Shown here: positions 48,725-62,189 of the stretch, one piece after another
Layout of the letters: each line of letters starts with the position of its first letter
Position numbering within the stretch: position 1 is the first letter of the stretch
Position numbers and translations under genes: made by a program
Notes under the pieces: model-generated
What the model was told of the DNA's origin: nothing
Database searches by the model: none
The model's input: the letters and a program-made list of their open reading frames with translations, nothing else
Source of the DNA: Squalus acanthias
Lineage: Eukaryota
Direction of reading: 5' to 3'
Assembly (NCBI GenBank): GCA_030390025.1
Contig: CM059432.1
Location: 144,212,001-144,276,000, forward strand
Length of the DNA: 64,000 nt

Positions 48725-50420
48725 AGGGAAGGAGGAGGAGGAGGAGGAGGGAATGGAGGGAGGGGAGGAGGAGGGAATGGAGGGAGGGGAGGAGGAGGGA
48801 ACGGAGGGAGGGGAGGAGGAGGGAGGGGAGGAGGAGGGAATGGAGGGAGGGGAGGAGGAGGGAATGGAGGGAGGGGGAGGAGGGAATGGAGGGAGGGGAG
48901 GAGGAGGAGGGAATGGAGGGGGAGGAGGAGGGAATGGAGGGAGGGGAGGAGGAGGAGGGAATGGAGGGAGGGGAGGAGGAGGAGGAGGGAATGGAGGAGG
49001 AGGAGGAGGGAATGGAGGGAGGGGAGGAGGAGGAGGGAATGGAGGGAGGGGAGGAGGAGGAGGAGGGAATGGAGGGAGGGGAGGAGGAGGAGGGAATGGA
49101 GGGAGAGGAGGAGGGAATGGAGGGAGAGGAGGAGGGGAATGGAGGGAGGGGAGGAGAGGGAATGGAGGGAGGGGAGGAGGGGAATGGAGGGAGGGGAGGA
49201 GAGGGAATGGAGGGAGGAGAGGGAATGGAGGGAGGGGAGGAGAGGGAATGGAGGGAGGGAATGAGGGGAATGGAGGGAAGGAGGAGGGGAGGATGAGGGA
49301 AGGGGGAGAGGGAGATGGAAGGAGGGAGAGGAGNNNNNNNNNNNNNNNNNNNNNNNNNNNNNNNNNNNNNNNNNNNNNNNNNNNNNNNNNNNNNNNNNNN
49401 NNNNNNNNNNNNNNNNNNNNNNNNNNNNNNNNNNNNNNNNNNNNNNNNNNNNNNNNNNNNNNNNNNNNNNNNNNNNNNNNNNNNNNNNNNNNNNNNNNNN
49501 NNNNNNNNNNNNNNNNNNNNNNNNNNNNNNNNNNNNNNNNNNNNNNNNNNNNNNNNNNNNNNNNNNNNNNNNNNNNNNNNNNNNNNNNNNNNNNNNNNNN
49601 NNNNNNNNNNGGGATGGAATGGAGGTGGAGGGGAGGGAGGGAGGATGGATGGAGAGAGGGAGGGAGGATGGATGGAGGGGGGGGAGGGAGGGAGGAGGAT
49701 GGATGGAGGGGGGGGAGGGAGGGGAGGGAGGGGAGGGAGGGGGGGAGGGAGGGAGGGGAGGGAGGGGGGGAGGGATGGAGGGGGGGAGGGAGGGGGGGAG
49801 GGGGGAATGGAGGCAGGAATGGAGGGGGGGGAATGGAGGCAGGAATGGAGGGGAGGGAGGAATGGAGGGGGGAGGAATGGAGGGGGGAGGAATGGAGGGG
49901 GGGAGGGGAGGAATGGATGGGGGAGAGGGGAGGAATGGAGGGGGGAGGATGGAGGAAGGAATGGAGGGAGGGAGAGGGAGGAGGAGGGAGGGAGGAGGAG
50001 GGAGGGAGGGGGAGGAAGGAGGGAGGGGGGGAGGAATGGGGGGAGGAGGGAGGAATGGGGGAGGGAGGAGGAATGGAGGGGGGAGGGGAGGGAGGTGGGG
50101 AAGGAATGGAGGGGGGGAGGAATGGAGGGGAGGAGGGAATGTAGGGGGAAAAGGGATGGGAATGGGGGAAGGAAGGGGGATTGGGGAGGAGGAGGGAGGG
50201 AAGGTGGAGGGGGAAGAAAGGGAGGAATGTAGGAGGGGGAAGGAGAGTGGGAATGGGGGAGAGGGGGAGAAGGAGCTGGGGGAAATGAGGGGGCAAGGGA
50301 GAAAGGATGAGGGGAAGGAGGGAGAAGAGGTGGGGAAAGAAGATGGTGGAAAAGAGGGGCTAAGAGGAAAGGAAGGGAGGAGGAGTAAACGGGGAGAGGG
50401 AACAAGGAGAGATGGGGAGG
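48725..50420. repeat. Purine-rich (GGA/GGGAAT) low-complexity tract in intron 1, containing the assembly gap 49334-49610
   Basis: Almost pure G/A sequence; 277 N. Confidence 0.95.
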
Positions 50421-50599
50421 GGTTTCTGTAAATTGCATAGCTAGTTGCATTCTTACTGCTCCTAAGTGCATTTGTACAGCTTTTAACGATTATATATATC
50501 TGCTGGAAAATACAGGGTCTGAAGCTTTTGTAAACAGTTTTAAGAAGTAAGTTGAGTTTTAATCTATTACTGATTTGTTCTGTTCCTTTTCTTTTACAG

Positions 50600-50624
50600 C
50601 TATCATAGCAGGAATTTTACATTG
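50600..50624 (+). CDS. DPY19L1: DPY19L1 exon 2, 25-nt microexon (AIIAGILHW)
   Basis: TTTTCTTTTACAG acceptor, GTAAGT donor; resembles AVFAAVLHW recalled for human DPY19L1. Confidence 0.85.
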
Positions 50625-51059
50625 GTAAGTGTTAACTGATTCTTTTCCAAATGTGTATTTGGAATTGGTTTGTTAAGGTGGTCAAACCTGTTGTGTAGGT
50701 ACAGAATCCAGTGCCTTCCAGTGAGTTATGATTTTTAGTCCCATAAACCTGTCTGATTGAATAATTGAAAGTGACAAAATGAAGAGCAGTTTATAGCCAC
50801 CCTTGTGAGTGAAAATTAAAAGTTACTTCATGGAGAGGCACCGAATATTCTGTTTCCTTGGGGTTATGCAAACTTTCACTTTTATAAACTGGGCAAGTGT
50901 CAAATACTATCGCATACTATTTAATAACTGGGCAGTTTGGTATGATTATGGAAATGCAGACAGTATTTCTGCAATAGCTGACTATAGCATGCTGCTTCTG
51001 CTTTTTAGCATGCATGTAGACAGGGCTAAGCGATTCCACAATCAACGGATCAGATCATC

Positions 51060-51190
51060 GTCGCTGGGTCAAAATCCTGGAACTCCTTTCCTAACAGCAC
51101 TGTGGGAGTACCTTCACCACACGGACTGCAGCGGTTCAAGAAGGCGGCTCACCACCACCTGCTCAAGGGCAATTAGGGATGGGCAATAAT
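51060..51190 (+). mobile_element. 3' end of the CR1-group LINE family
   Basis: WNSFLTALW-like sequence and the GGGCAATTAGGGATGGGCAATAA terminus. Confidence 0.6.
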
Positions 51191-53099
51191 AATTTTAAAA
51201 AGCCAAGAGATGGCCATAAATTTCTATGATTCTATGGAGAAGAGTGCGGATATAATAAACGATTGGCTTTATTACTGGAATATCTTTCCTTGCAGCACCA
51301 GCTGATGGGGGGGAAAAGCACCGATTGATTGGATATCCAGTCAAGAGTTCACTTACTTTTCGGGGAGAAGTGGGGAAGCAGGATCAGGATATATAAATCT
51401 GATCTAAATAGATACTCAAATTTTCCCACAGCCGTTACTAGGTTAATTTATTACAGCTTCTAGTTAAATGCATTAGTGCTAATATTTGCTCTCTTTCCCC
51501 ATGGCTGGTTGTGTTACATTTTATTAGGAGATGTCAATTAAAAAAAAAATAAAAGCTTTTCCCTTTGTATTTTGCTGAGATATATTCTGTCCAATTAATC
51601 ACAGGTCGGAGTCTTACTAACAGGAACTTAAAAGGAAGATTAGGGAAAATGTTTCTTTTGTACAAAGTTTGGACGGAGAAGGGAGGGTGACCATTGGGAG
51701 AAGTACAAAATTATACCAAAGCAGGTCAAAAAAGAGATTGGGTTGCCAAGAGAGAACTGGATACTGTAACAGCAAGAGGGGTGGGTTGGGAAGAAGTCTA
51801 AACCCTCAGGGACCCATATGGAGGATGAGTAAAACAGTGAAGAGGAAATGGTTAACGTGCTAAAATAAGTGCTGTTTGGGGGATTTTATCAGAGAGAAAA
51901 GTAACACGGTACCGTCCCACTTCAAACACGTGTCCTGTGTGATCTATGGCTTTAGTGGTGAAGCAGAAATGCCAGCTGGGTGAAGGGGCTGAAAGCTAAT
52001 CAATCCCCCCAAGGGTGCTTGAACTATCAGTGTACCTAGAGACAAGGGAAGAGAGTTGTGATAGTCATTGTGAGGGAGTTAGTAAACACTGGAGACCTTT
52101 CAGTGTAACTCCTTTGTTCAAGAGTGTTTGGAGGATAAGCCGGGTGACTACAGAGCAGTTAGTCTGATGTCACTTGTGGGCAAACTCTTAGAATCCTAAT
52201 TCAGGATGAGATTAGCAAGCATTTAGAAATGTGTGGGTTAGTCAAGGAGAGCCAGCACAAATTTGGTAAACGCAAGTCGTGTTTTCTATAGCGCCTTTCA
52301 CAACCTCAGGACATCCCAAAGCGCTTTACAGCCAATGAAGTACTTTTGAAGTGTGGTCACTTGTAATGTAGGAAATGTGGCAGCCAATTTGCGCACTACA
52401 AGGTCCCACAAAGAGCAATGTGCTAACGACCAGGTAATCAGTTTTTAGTATTGTTGGTTGAGGGATAAATATTGGCCCCAGGACACTGTGGAGAACTCCT
52501 CTACTCTTCTTCGAAATAGTGCCATGGGATCTTTTAAGTACTGGAGCTTTTTTTGAAGACGTGACTGATTCAATTTTCAAAATGTATCTCAAATGTATAG
52601 AAGATACTTAATAGGACAGCGAAAGTAAATGTTACTTTTTAAGTAGACAAGAGAGCAAGAGAAAGGCGCACATGAAATGAAAGCCAAATTTAGGACAGAG
52701 GTCAGGAGGACTTTCTTTACACATTGCGTGATCAACAGGTTGCCAGGAGTGGTAGATGAGGTCAGAGCACTGGATCCGTTTAAAAGAACAGGAAGATGCT
52801 AAGTTTTTACTCTGAAAGGATGAGATCAAGTGGCTGACGGGCATTCTTCATCTGAGCCTGTTTTGTCTGTGTTGTGTTCCTGGGGGGAAAAAAGTCCATT
52901 AGTTTAAGCAAGTTCTCCCACCAGACATTTCCCCAGGGTCTGATGTGTATATCAGGTCTGCAGTTCTTACTGCTATTAATTTGCTTGCTTTCTTGCTCCT
53001 TGTAATTGTTCTTTCACCAGTGGAAGATTGAATAGATTAAAGGCATTAATACATTATTTGAAAGCTATTACCCAGTTAAGTATACAATTCTTGGAGGGC

Positions 53100-53430
53100 T
53101 TCACAGGGTAGATGCTTAGAGGCTGTTTCTCCTGGCTGGAGAGCCTAGAACTAGGGGTCATAATCTCAGGATAAGGGGTTGTCCATTTAGGACTGAGATG
53201 AGGAGGGTTGCGAATCTTTGGAATTCTCTACCCCAGAGGACTGTGGATGCTTAGTCGTTGAGTATATTCAGGACTGAGATCGAAGATTTTCATGCACTAA
53301 GTGAATCAAGGGATGTGAGGATGGGGCAGGAAAGTGCAGTTGATGTGGAAGTTCAGCCATGATCTTATTGAATGGCGGAGCAGGCTTGAGGGGCTGTATG
53401 GCCTCCTCCTGCTCCTCTTTATGTTCTTCT
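53100..53430 (+). mobile_element. CR1 3' fragment
   Basis: Collinear with 4050-4390. Confidence 0.85.
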
Positions 53431-53557
53431 ATTGTTAACCACTGTTCACAGTGATAGGATTGCATGTGCCTGCTAAATCAGCAGCTATTTCATGGGTCTT
53501 TTCTCAGCTGTGGAAGCAATGTTTAAAAATTTTCAATTTTGCTCTAATTTACCTTAG

Positions 53558-53645
53558 GTACCATATATCTAGTCTTTTTGAAAATAATCGACATTTCTCT
53601 CACCTCTCAACACTAGAAAGAGAAATGGCTTTTCGCACTGAAATG
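53558..53645 (+). CDS. DPY19L1: DPY19L1 exon 3 ([29 protein letters not shown])
   Basis: Hallmark DPY19 motif; AG/GT boundaries in phase. Confidence 0.95.
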
Positions 53646-55668
53646 GTAAGCATTTGATTTATATCAGTGTTAACTGTGATTAGCCTCTGAGTCCCCCGGT
53701 ATAGCTAGCTCACCTGACTTCACCTAGCCAGGTGAGACAGCTAAATGGCAGCCAAGCAGTAGGTTACCAATAGCTGGTTTCCTGAATCAGAAATTGGTAT
53801 TCACTGATACCATTTCTACTCCCCGTTGGCCTGCAGCTTTCACTCTGCTAAATTGCACTGGGTTTCTGCAACGGGAGCTGCCCTGCCAGTCCAAAATCAG
53901 TGGGGTGACAAAATCCCCCTGCATTTCACACCTTGTACACTACAGATGCAGGTGAATTGTGCAAGGTGTGAAATACAGGAATCCCTCCCCAACCGCAGGG
54001 GGATACGTCCCTGAAAACCCCCGTGGTTAGTAAAACCGCCGTTGGCAAATACAGTATAAATGTTCAAATAACACAATAAAAAAGAATATAAAAGTAATAA
54101 AATCATGTTATTTACCTTAATCCTAAATTAAAAACCGGGTATATGCAAAATTCACTGCCGCGGTTGGCAAAAGTTGTGGCAGAGAGGAAACCGTGTATAC
54201 TTGAAATCCGCGTATGGCAAAACCACGGTTGGGGCGGGATTCCTGTACGTGGGATTAAGAACAATAGTTTTGCATTCATAAAGAAGGTTGGATATCGAAG
54301 GAGATTAGAAGATTGGTGTGACCTGATATTGGTTACAGTTATAATGGGGGAAACCAGTTTATGGGAGGAAAACAAAGGGGAGAAATTCTGCAGTGAGCGC
54401 TAAATTCTGTTCCCAGAGAATTCGAGCACTAGAGGCCTTTACAGGCTGTTGCATTGTTAAGGGGGCGCTCATCTTCTTTGAACACAAACACAGCTGTTAG
54501 AAAATATCAGTGGTACTTTTTTCCCCCCCAAAATAACTTGTTTCCATTTTCCTTGTGACTCAATATGGTGCCCCGGCACTGTGTGAAACCAGTGTCTGTG
54601 AGACTGATGACGGGAACTCCACCTACATTTCTGCTGTCCCTTTCCCTTAATGTGTTCTGCATCTGCCCATGACAGCGGGGCTGAATTGAGTACCATTATG
54701 GGCACAAATCCTCGTAACACGTCCAGCCTATTGTGGATCCAATGCACCGTGCTGCTGATCACTGCTTTCCACACTGGAACTCGCTGGGTTCTCCCCCTGA
54801 CCCCCCCCCCCCCCCCCCTTTCTAGTCCAGTAAAACGGAGTCAGTTTTGCCTTAATGTTACACCCCCTCTCCCCCCCCCCCCCCCCCCCCCCCCCCAACA
54901 AACCCCGGGTTGAAATAGGTAACACAGCAAAGATCAGGGATGGAACTGGGCCCAACAGGAGCTTGCTTTTGGCATTTCTAATAGTCAGCTGGTTACTTAT
55001 TATGGTGTTAAAATTGATTTCCCTTCCCACCAGACGCCATGGGAAGAATGTGTTAGAAAACATTAACCAGGGAAGGTTAGCGTATAGAGACACGGGTGAA
55101 GCTAGAAAAGTTTAAGAACATTAAACGGTTACCGATCTGTGTGGGCAAAGGTAGAAGAACCAAAGGCAATAAAACCCAGCTGGGTGTCCTGTGATGTGGA
55201 ACTAGCAGGCAGACTGTAATGAGCAGACATCTATTGCAGCGGGCAGGGGTGATAGCACAGATGTGATGGCAGTTGGTAGGGATGTGTGCAATGTATGTTT
55301 ATATAACCTTCCTGTACGGTGGTCACTGTCAGTTGATTTAGTAATAAAATCTGTTCATATTGAAAAACACCTAATGAAATTGTGATTTAAAAAAAAATAA
55401 AATCAGATTGACATTTTACAATCCCTCGGCTTCCAAAGCAATGGAAATGTCAGAAGTTGCCATGCAGAAAGGGAGGACTGTTACACAGTACTGTCGTAGG
55501 AAATTATTACAGAATTGAAAATGTCATAGTGTTGCAGGAAGTATTCTTTCCATAGAATTGTGGTGAATTAGCTGGAATTCAGTCTGCTTTCTTGGCATTT
55601 CATGTTTGGAAAAGTCTGCCTTCGTCATGTTTAGTTATAATGTTTCTAAACAAATTTTCTGGTTTTAG

Positions 55669-55806
55669 GGCTTGTATTATTCTTTCTTTAAGACCATCAT
55701 CGAAGCACCTTCATACTGTGAAGGTTTAAGTTATATAATGAATGATCGCCTGACTGAATATCCTTTGGTTATCAACACCTTGAAGCGGTTCAATCTTTAT
55801 CCAGAG
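55669..55806 (+). CDS. DPY19L1: DPY19L1 exon 4 ([37 protein letters not shown])
   Basis: Conserved DPY19 sequence, 138 nt, phase 0/0. Confidence 0.95.
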
Positions 55807-56014
55807 GTTGGTTATCTTCATGAAATATTGGATTCTCTATTTATATGAGATCTAGTTTCAAACCAGGGCTAACATTACATTTAGCTCCTGTTTATTTAGC
55901 AGGATAAGGGATAAAATGGGCAAAGTGATGACCAAACGGTGAGGGAATTCCGGCATTCTTTAACATTTTCCTGTGCTGTCCTCTTTCCCTGCTCTCCTCA
56001 GCCTCAACAATTCC

Positions 56015-56115
56015 ACTGTACACAAACTCTAACTCATTTAGAACTCCACAGTACACAAAGTCTAACTCATTCACGCCTCCACTGTACACAAACTCTAACT
56101 CATTCAGAACTACAG
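56015..56115. repeat. Three ~33-bp tandem copies CCACTGTACACAAACTCTAACTCATT
   Basis: Direct repeats. Confidence 0.75.
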
Positions 56116-57207
56116 TGCCCACATCATGTCTTGTGCAAAGCCCTGCACACCCATCACTCTCGTCCTCACTGATCTCCCGTGGCTCTCTGTCTTCAATACA
56201 TTGATTCCAAATCTCTTGTCTTCATTTAGAAATCCCTCCCTGGTCTTCCACCCTACCTCTGCAACCTCGTTCAGCCTATTGTCCCATCTTGTGTCCTTCA
56301 TTCTTGCATCTCTGGTTTCCTGTGTGTCTCCCCTTCTCCTGCTCGGGAACTTAGCTTTCCCTCCTTGTCTTCAAAAGCCTCTTCAGGGCCACATTTTCAG
56401 TCGGCTCCTCTCGCCTCTTTTGGTTGGTCTCTGAAATATGTTGGGACATTTCACTATTCAAAACAACCTCACATTTATATGACGTCTTATCATGTGTCTC
56501 TGATACATTTCAAATTGCTTCATATAGAATGAATTACTTTGCGAAGTGCATCGACTGCTGTTAGGTAGGCTAATGTGGCAGTCGTTTTGCAACCGATCGC
56601 ACAAACAGCAATGAGACGAATGACCAGTTGATTTTTTGGGGGGGTGGTTAGGGGTAATAGTTGAGGGAGAAACATTGGCCAAAACACTTTTGGGAGTCAC
56701 TGCCCTTCAAATAGTGCCACCAGATCTGTAATATTCAACTGAACCAGCAGCAGGGTAGGCGAGACCTCAGTTTAATATCTTACCCAAAGCAAGGAGCCTC
56801 CAACAACATAGCACTCTCTCGGTACTGCAGTGTCAGGCTAGCTTCTGTGCTCGGATTCTGGAGAGCGGCGCAAACCCACGATCTTCTGACACTGAGCTGG
56901 GATTGCTACAAACGGTCATACTTTTCATTGTGATTGTGTAAAAACAAAAAATTGTAGAGATGTTGCTGACAACTGTAATTACTGCCTCGTCAGCAAACTT
57001 GTGTGATTGTAACCAAATGTCAACAGGAATTCTATTTAATGCCTGGGTGATGAGCCCCATAATCGGGACTTTATTAGTTAAAGTTCTAGTGTTTGTTTAA
57101 GACGTTATTTCCAGATTTGATTTGCAATGGTAGCAACATGAAGTGCAGCGTTCAGTTTAAAATTGCAACTTGTATAATGGGGAAAACCTGTCCTCGTCTC
57201 TCGGTAG

Positions 57208-57328
57208 GTAGTACTGGGCAGCTGGTACCGCACTTACATCGCTGTTGCAGACTTCCTTGGCATTTCAACCAAAATATGCTGGCGTGTGGACCGAGGGCAG
57301 GGCTTCAGCCCTGTGGAGAGTTGTGAAG
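57208..57328 (+). CDS. DPY19L1: DPY19L1 exon 5 (VVLGSWYR..TKICWRVDRGQGFSPVESCE)
   Basis: Conserved DPY19L1 sequence; ends at a GC donor (AAG/GCAAGT). Confidence 0.93.
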
Positions 57329-57422
57329 GCAAGTTCTTAATGTTTTGTGCATATTTTTATTCCCTGCTTTTTAAATATTTATGCAGGTGGTGAACTGAAA
57401 TCTGTTTTTATTTGTTTGACAG

Positions 57423-57516
57423 GAATGGGAGACCCTGCCTACTTTTATGTAACATTTGTTTTTATTTTAAATGGGCTCATGATGTCGCTATTTTTCCTCT
57501 ATGGGACGTACTTGAG
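57423..57516 (+). CDS. DPY19L1: DPY19L1 exon 6 (GMGDPAYFYVTFVFILNGLMMSLFFLYGTYLS)
   Basis: Conserved transmembrane segment; AG/GTAAGA boundaries. Confidence 0.95.
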
Positions 57517-57999
57517 GTAAGAGGATATTACAGTGCCATTAACAAATGAACATACTGCAAGTTGGCTTGGAGGAGGGATTGAAATGTTGTTTTTGTGCTG
57601 GAGTCCATCACTTGCGCTGCCAGGCTAGTGTGGGGCGGGTCATTTAGCAATGAACCAGTAGCTATGGGAACGTGGTGGGCCCAGTGGACCAGTGACTGCA
57701 TTTTGAGACGGGTTCTTATTGATATGTCTCTGTTGTGCAAGGTTTTTAGAAATTCTTGTTAATAAATACCTGTGTGCATTTAAGGTACAATGAATATATT
57801 AGACGCCTTTTGTAAATTGTGTGTTGGGAGGTTGCATTAGTTTGAATCTTGGTAAAGTCTCACTTCCTTGCAATATATGTGGTGTTAGCGAGTCTGAGGG
57901 CTGCAGACTTGAGTGCAATTGGTGAACAACTAGTCTTGTTATCTACTGTGAAATTTGTTTGGATTGTGACTAGTATTCCTGTACTTCCCTCCCCTTGGT

Positions 58000-58650
58000 C
58001 AAATCCACCTGTCATTCCAGGATCATTCCAGAGAGTGAGAACAACCCATGACTCCATTTTCTCCTTGATAGATGCCTCCTTGGAACCCTCTCCCTTGCAC
58101 CTTCCGTTCTCACCTCTTAACATCAGAGGAGCTCATGGATTTCTTTGTCTCAAAGACTGCATCTCCATTAGATGCTACCTCCCCCTTCCCTGCCCTCCTG
58201 TTGTTGACCACATCCTTATCACAACTCCCCTGTCATTTTGCAGCTTCTCTCCCACCTTCCTTCCACTGCCCACTTGGATCTCATAATAGAAATGAGCTTC
58301 ATCTTCTGTCTCTTTGATCCTCTCCCTACCCAACTCATAGCTACTCAACTACCTTTCGTGGTCCCAATGCTAGCTGACATTGTTATTGGCTCCCTCTGTT
58401 TAGGCACTGTCCCACTCCCTTTCAAAACTTTCATGATCACAGCCTCTTCAAAAACCTCACCCTTGACCCCCGTATTGGGCAATCACCAATCTTCCCTCCT
58501 TGTCTTAGGTCCTTGAACATATCGTCACCTCCAAGTGGCATGTTCAGCTCTCTCACAACAATCCATTTGAGTCCCTTTAGTCTGGTTTCCACTCTGACCA
58601 CAGCAATGGAACTGTACTAGTCAGTCACCAACCATATACTCTATGATTGT
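58000..58650 (+). mobile_element. Old degenerate L2-like fragment
   Basis: DPLPTQL..LPFVVPMLADIV..SL..GTVP..FK and SGF...HS remnants. Confidence 0.6.
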
Positions 58651-58654
58651 GGCA

Positions 58655-59290
58655 CTTGTATTCAGCCCTTTGGGAACTCTTTGAAAGAGCTATCCAATTA
58701 GTCCCACTCCCCTGCTCTTTCCTCGTAGCCATGCAAATCTTTCCTTTTCAAGTCAATAGCCAATTCCCTTTTGAAAGTTACTATTGAATCTGCTTCCACC
58801 GCCCTTTCAGGCAGTGCATTCTGACATGAAGCTTGTCATTCATGTGGAAATGACTTATGAAATAATACTGGGCGGCCTGCTGGTGGCACTGTCCAGGGAG
58901 AGTATAAATACTCGGGCATGGGCCCAGCTTGCTCAGGCTATTCTTTAACAGGAACTAGTGAAGGACACAACTAGATCTCCATGTTGAAAAACAGTTGATT
59001 AAAGCTTTGTTTAACGCTTAGACCAAGTGCCTAGTAGTTTTCTTACATCACATTCCAGATCATAACAACTTGCTGCATAAAAAAAGTCTTCTCATCTCCC
59101 ATCTGGTTCTTTTGCCAATCATCTTAAATCTGTGTCCTCTGGTTGCCAACCCACCTGCCAGTGGAAACAGTTTCACCTTATTTACTCTATTAAAACCCCT
59201 CAATTTTGAACACCTCTATTAAATCTCCCCTTAACCTTCTCTACTCTAAGGAGAACAAGCCCAGCTTTCCTAGTCTCTCAGATAATGAAG
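58655..59290 (-). mobile_element. CR1 3' fragment split by a ~230-bp insert
   Basis: Matches 16680-16975; CATTC repeated at the junctions. Confidence 0.7.
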
Positions 59291-59519
59291 CCGTCTACGC
59301 GCACAAAGGAAACATTTTTGAATTTAGAAATTAAGCTTGTTTGAACAAATTACATAGATGAGATAGGAATGGATTACATTTCAAAGCTTACTTGTGCCTC
59401 CTTCACTTGTTTTCCACATTCACTTCTTCCTGATTTTTATCTCCTATCGATATAATTTAGAAATGAATCTGTAGTAGTAAATTACGGGAGTAAGATGTTA
59501 AATTTACTGTTAGTGCCCC

Positions 59520-59780
59520 AGTGAGAAGCTGAGCCATATAAATCAGAGCATCCCACCTTTGCTGCCTGGTTTGTGCTAAGTTAGCTGATGTCAGCCAGGG
59601 CAATGGTAAGGGTGCTGCAATTGGTCTCAGTTTCTCTGCTAGAGGGGGAAATCAGCCATGGTTCCTGTTCCTGATTGCTACCCAGTGACCCCCGTTGGAA
59701 GTGTGTGTGTGTGTTTGGTGCGGATAGCGTTGAGCCTGGCTGTGTTTCTCTGTACCACTGAATGCTTGCACTCATCACCA
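59520..59780 (+). mobile_element. Probable degenerate SINE (different family)
   Basis: Decayed tRNA-like head and (GT)n; recalled similarity only. Confidence 0.4.
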
Positions 59781-60394
59781 TGGTGACCTACATTACAACA
59801 GTGACTACACTTCAAAAGTACTTCATTGGGTTATAAAGTGCTTTGGAACATCCTGAGGTCGTGAAAGGCGCTATTTAAATGCAAGTCTTTCTTGAATAAT
59901 GCAAGGTACTGGAGGACACTTATAGAACAGTACCTCAGCGAGGAGTGCCTTCGAGGGAGAGAAAAATAAATGTACTCTTGCTTGATGTGGATTAACCTCT
60001 CCAAATGTTATATATTTGGTAAGATCTTCAGTGAGTGTACTAAATGGCACAAGCCTAATGCTGACCGGTTTAATCAGTTTGCACACTGAACCTTATGTGT
60101 TCATAATGGCAATAACCTCCCTTTTGTTTGTGTATTTCCAGCTCCACATTTTTAATCAATAAAATGTAAAGTCCACGTGGAGATCTATAATGCATTTAAT
60201 TTGGCAGATGTACTTCACCTTCCTAATGTGTTCAGTAAGAAAAGTTTAATGACTAGAATTTAAAACTTTGAGAACTTTCAGCAACTGCAAGGAACCAATA
60301 AAGTTGTTTAATTTACAAAAAAAACCTCTCACACTTGTTTCACACATCGTAATCAAAAGTAAAACTAGGAGTTTTAAAATTATAGGTAGTGCCT

Positions 60395-60630
60395 AGAAGT
60401 CATAGAATGATGCAGCACAGAAGGAAGCCATTCGGCCCATCGTGCCTGTGCCGGCTCCTTGAAAGAGCGATCCAATTAGTCTCACTCCGCCTGCTCTTTC
60501 TCCATAGCCCTGCAAATTTTTCCCTTTCAAGTATTTATCCAATTCCCTTTTGAAAGTTACTATTGAATCTGCTTCCACCGCCCTTTCAGGCAGTGCATTC
60601 CAGGTCACAACAACTCGCTGAGTTTAAAAA
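60395..60630 (-). mobile_element. CR1 3' end
   Basis: WNALPERAVEADSIVTFKRELDKYL. Confidence 0.88.
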
Positions 60631-62189
60631 AAAAATCATTTTTGATATTTAAAGTTCTCTTTCCATTGAGCTGCTTTCAATCAGGTTGTTTTATTTTACT
60701 TTCAAAAGTGTTTAAGCCTGTTAAATGTTGAGTAATCCACAGAGCTGGAGAGGGAAAACCTGCAGGATTTTTATTACCTGCTGACAGTTAACTCCCTCTC
60801 AATGGCTCTGGACCCGGATCTTTGCCTCGCTACTTCCTGTATTGCTAATCTGCTTTGCGGATTGGATTTGCTGCTTGCATTTCACAGATTTTTAATACCC
60901 TGATGTAGTAGTATATCTATTGTACACATCCAACGTATTTAAAGAGGAACTCCTGGAAGATTACCAGTCGGAGGGGAAGCAACACCACTGAAACTCGCCT
61001 CTAATCCAGTGTGAAATGACAGTTGACAAATATAATGTGGAAAATTAACCATGTGATGGAAACAGCTATTACAAAATTATTAGTGTTTTAAGTGTCATTT
61101 AATAGCCCCTTCCCTCTATCCTTCCCCTACTCCCCAGCCCCAGTGAAAGAGGAGGTGCCAGGCCATTATCAGTCTGTTAAGAATAGGGCAGAATGCATAG
61201 ACTTTAACTTCACATTTTATGAATAGAATCATCCTTTGTGATGAGGCACAATACCTGATGCACAAAAAATGTGCGTTTGGAAAGGTCCACAGTGACTTGA
61301 TATATCATAAAATCTGAATACCTTTAAATAGTTCATATTTACATCACGACTTCATATCTGCAACACAAGTGCTGCCTATCTATCAATTGTACCCTTAACT
61401 AAGAAAAGAAACAACTTCAAGACGTCCCAAAGCTTTTTACAGCCAATGAAGTGCTTTTGAAGTGTAGTCACTGTTGTAATGTAGGAACAGCGGCGGCTAA
61501 TTTGCACACAGCAAGCTCCCATAAACAGCAGTGTTGTAAATGGTCAGATAATCTGTTTTTGGCGGTGTTGGTCGATGGATAAATATTGGTCTGGAAACTG
61601 GGGAGAACTCCCCTGCTCTTCTTTCAGATAGTGCCATGGAATCTTTTACATCCACCTGAACAGGAGGATGGTTACTTGAAGTGTTAGTGTGGACTGTAGG
61701 ATAATGTTTGGGTAGAGGCTGTCGGATGGGTTATAGGAGATGAGATTCAGTCTGTGCAGGATGTTAATCAGTGCAAAGAGGAAACATTTCCTGGCCACGA
61801 GGTGAATGCAGGGAGGACTGTACAAAATAAATAGACTCTGTTTTTCTTTAATGGGGCTTATGCTTTAGTCCTGGTGAGTCTCGTGTGACAAGAAGAGTAT
61901 TTCTTGACATTGATATTGTAATTAACCTGTTTCTCTGTTTAAATTGTGTCCGGTGATATAATGTGCAGCAAAATGTGGAGTGAATTGAATCCTTTCATGG
62001 GTTGGATAGCAGCAAGGGCAGATGTGCTTAACTCCACCAGAGGGCACTCCTGTTGGACAAACCCAGCATCGTAGCATCTACTGATACCTGGTTTTTTTCG
62101 ATCATTGTGTTTTTAGAGTTAATTGAAAGCAGCTTTTTCCCCTTTTAAGCTGGATGTTGTGTTTTGTGCACTCTATTCAATTCCATGGC

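Noticed and set aside
48690-50471. Long Pro/Gly/Glu-rich ORFs of 270-593 aa
   Set aside because: Artefacts of a stop-poor polypurine tract and an N gap inside DPY19L1 intron 1
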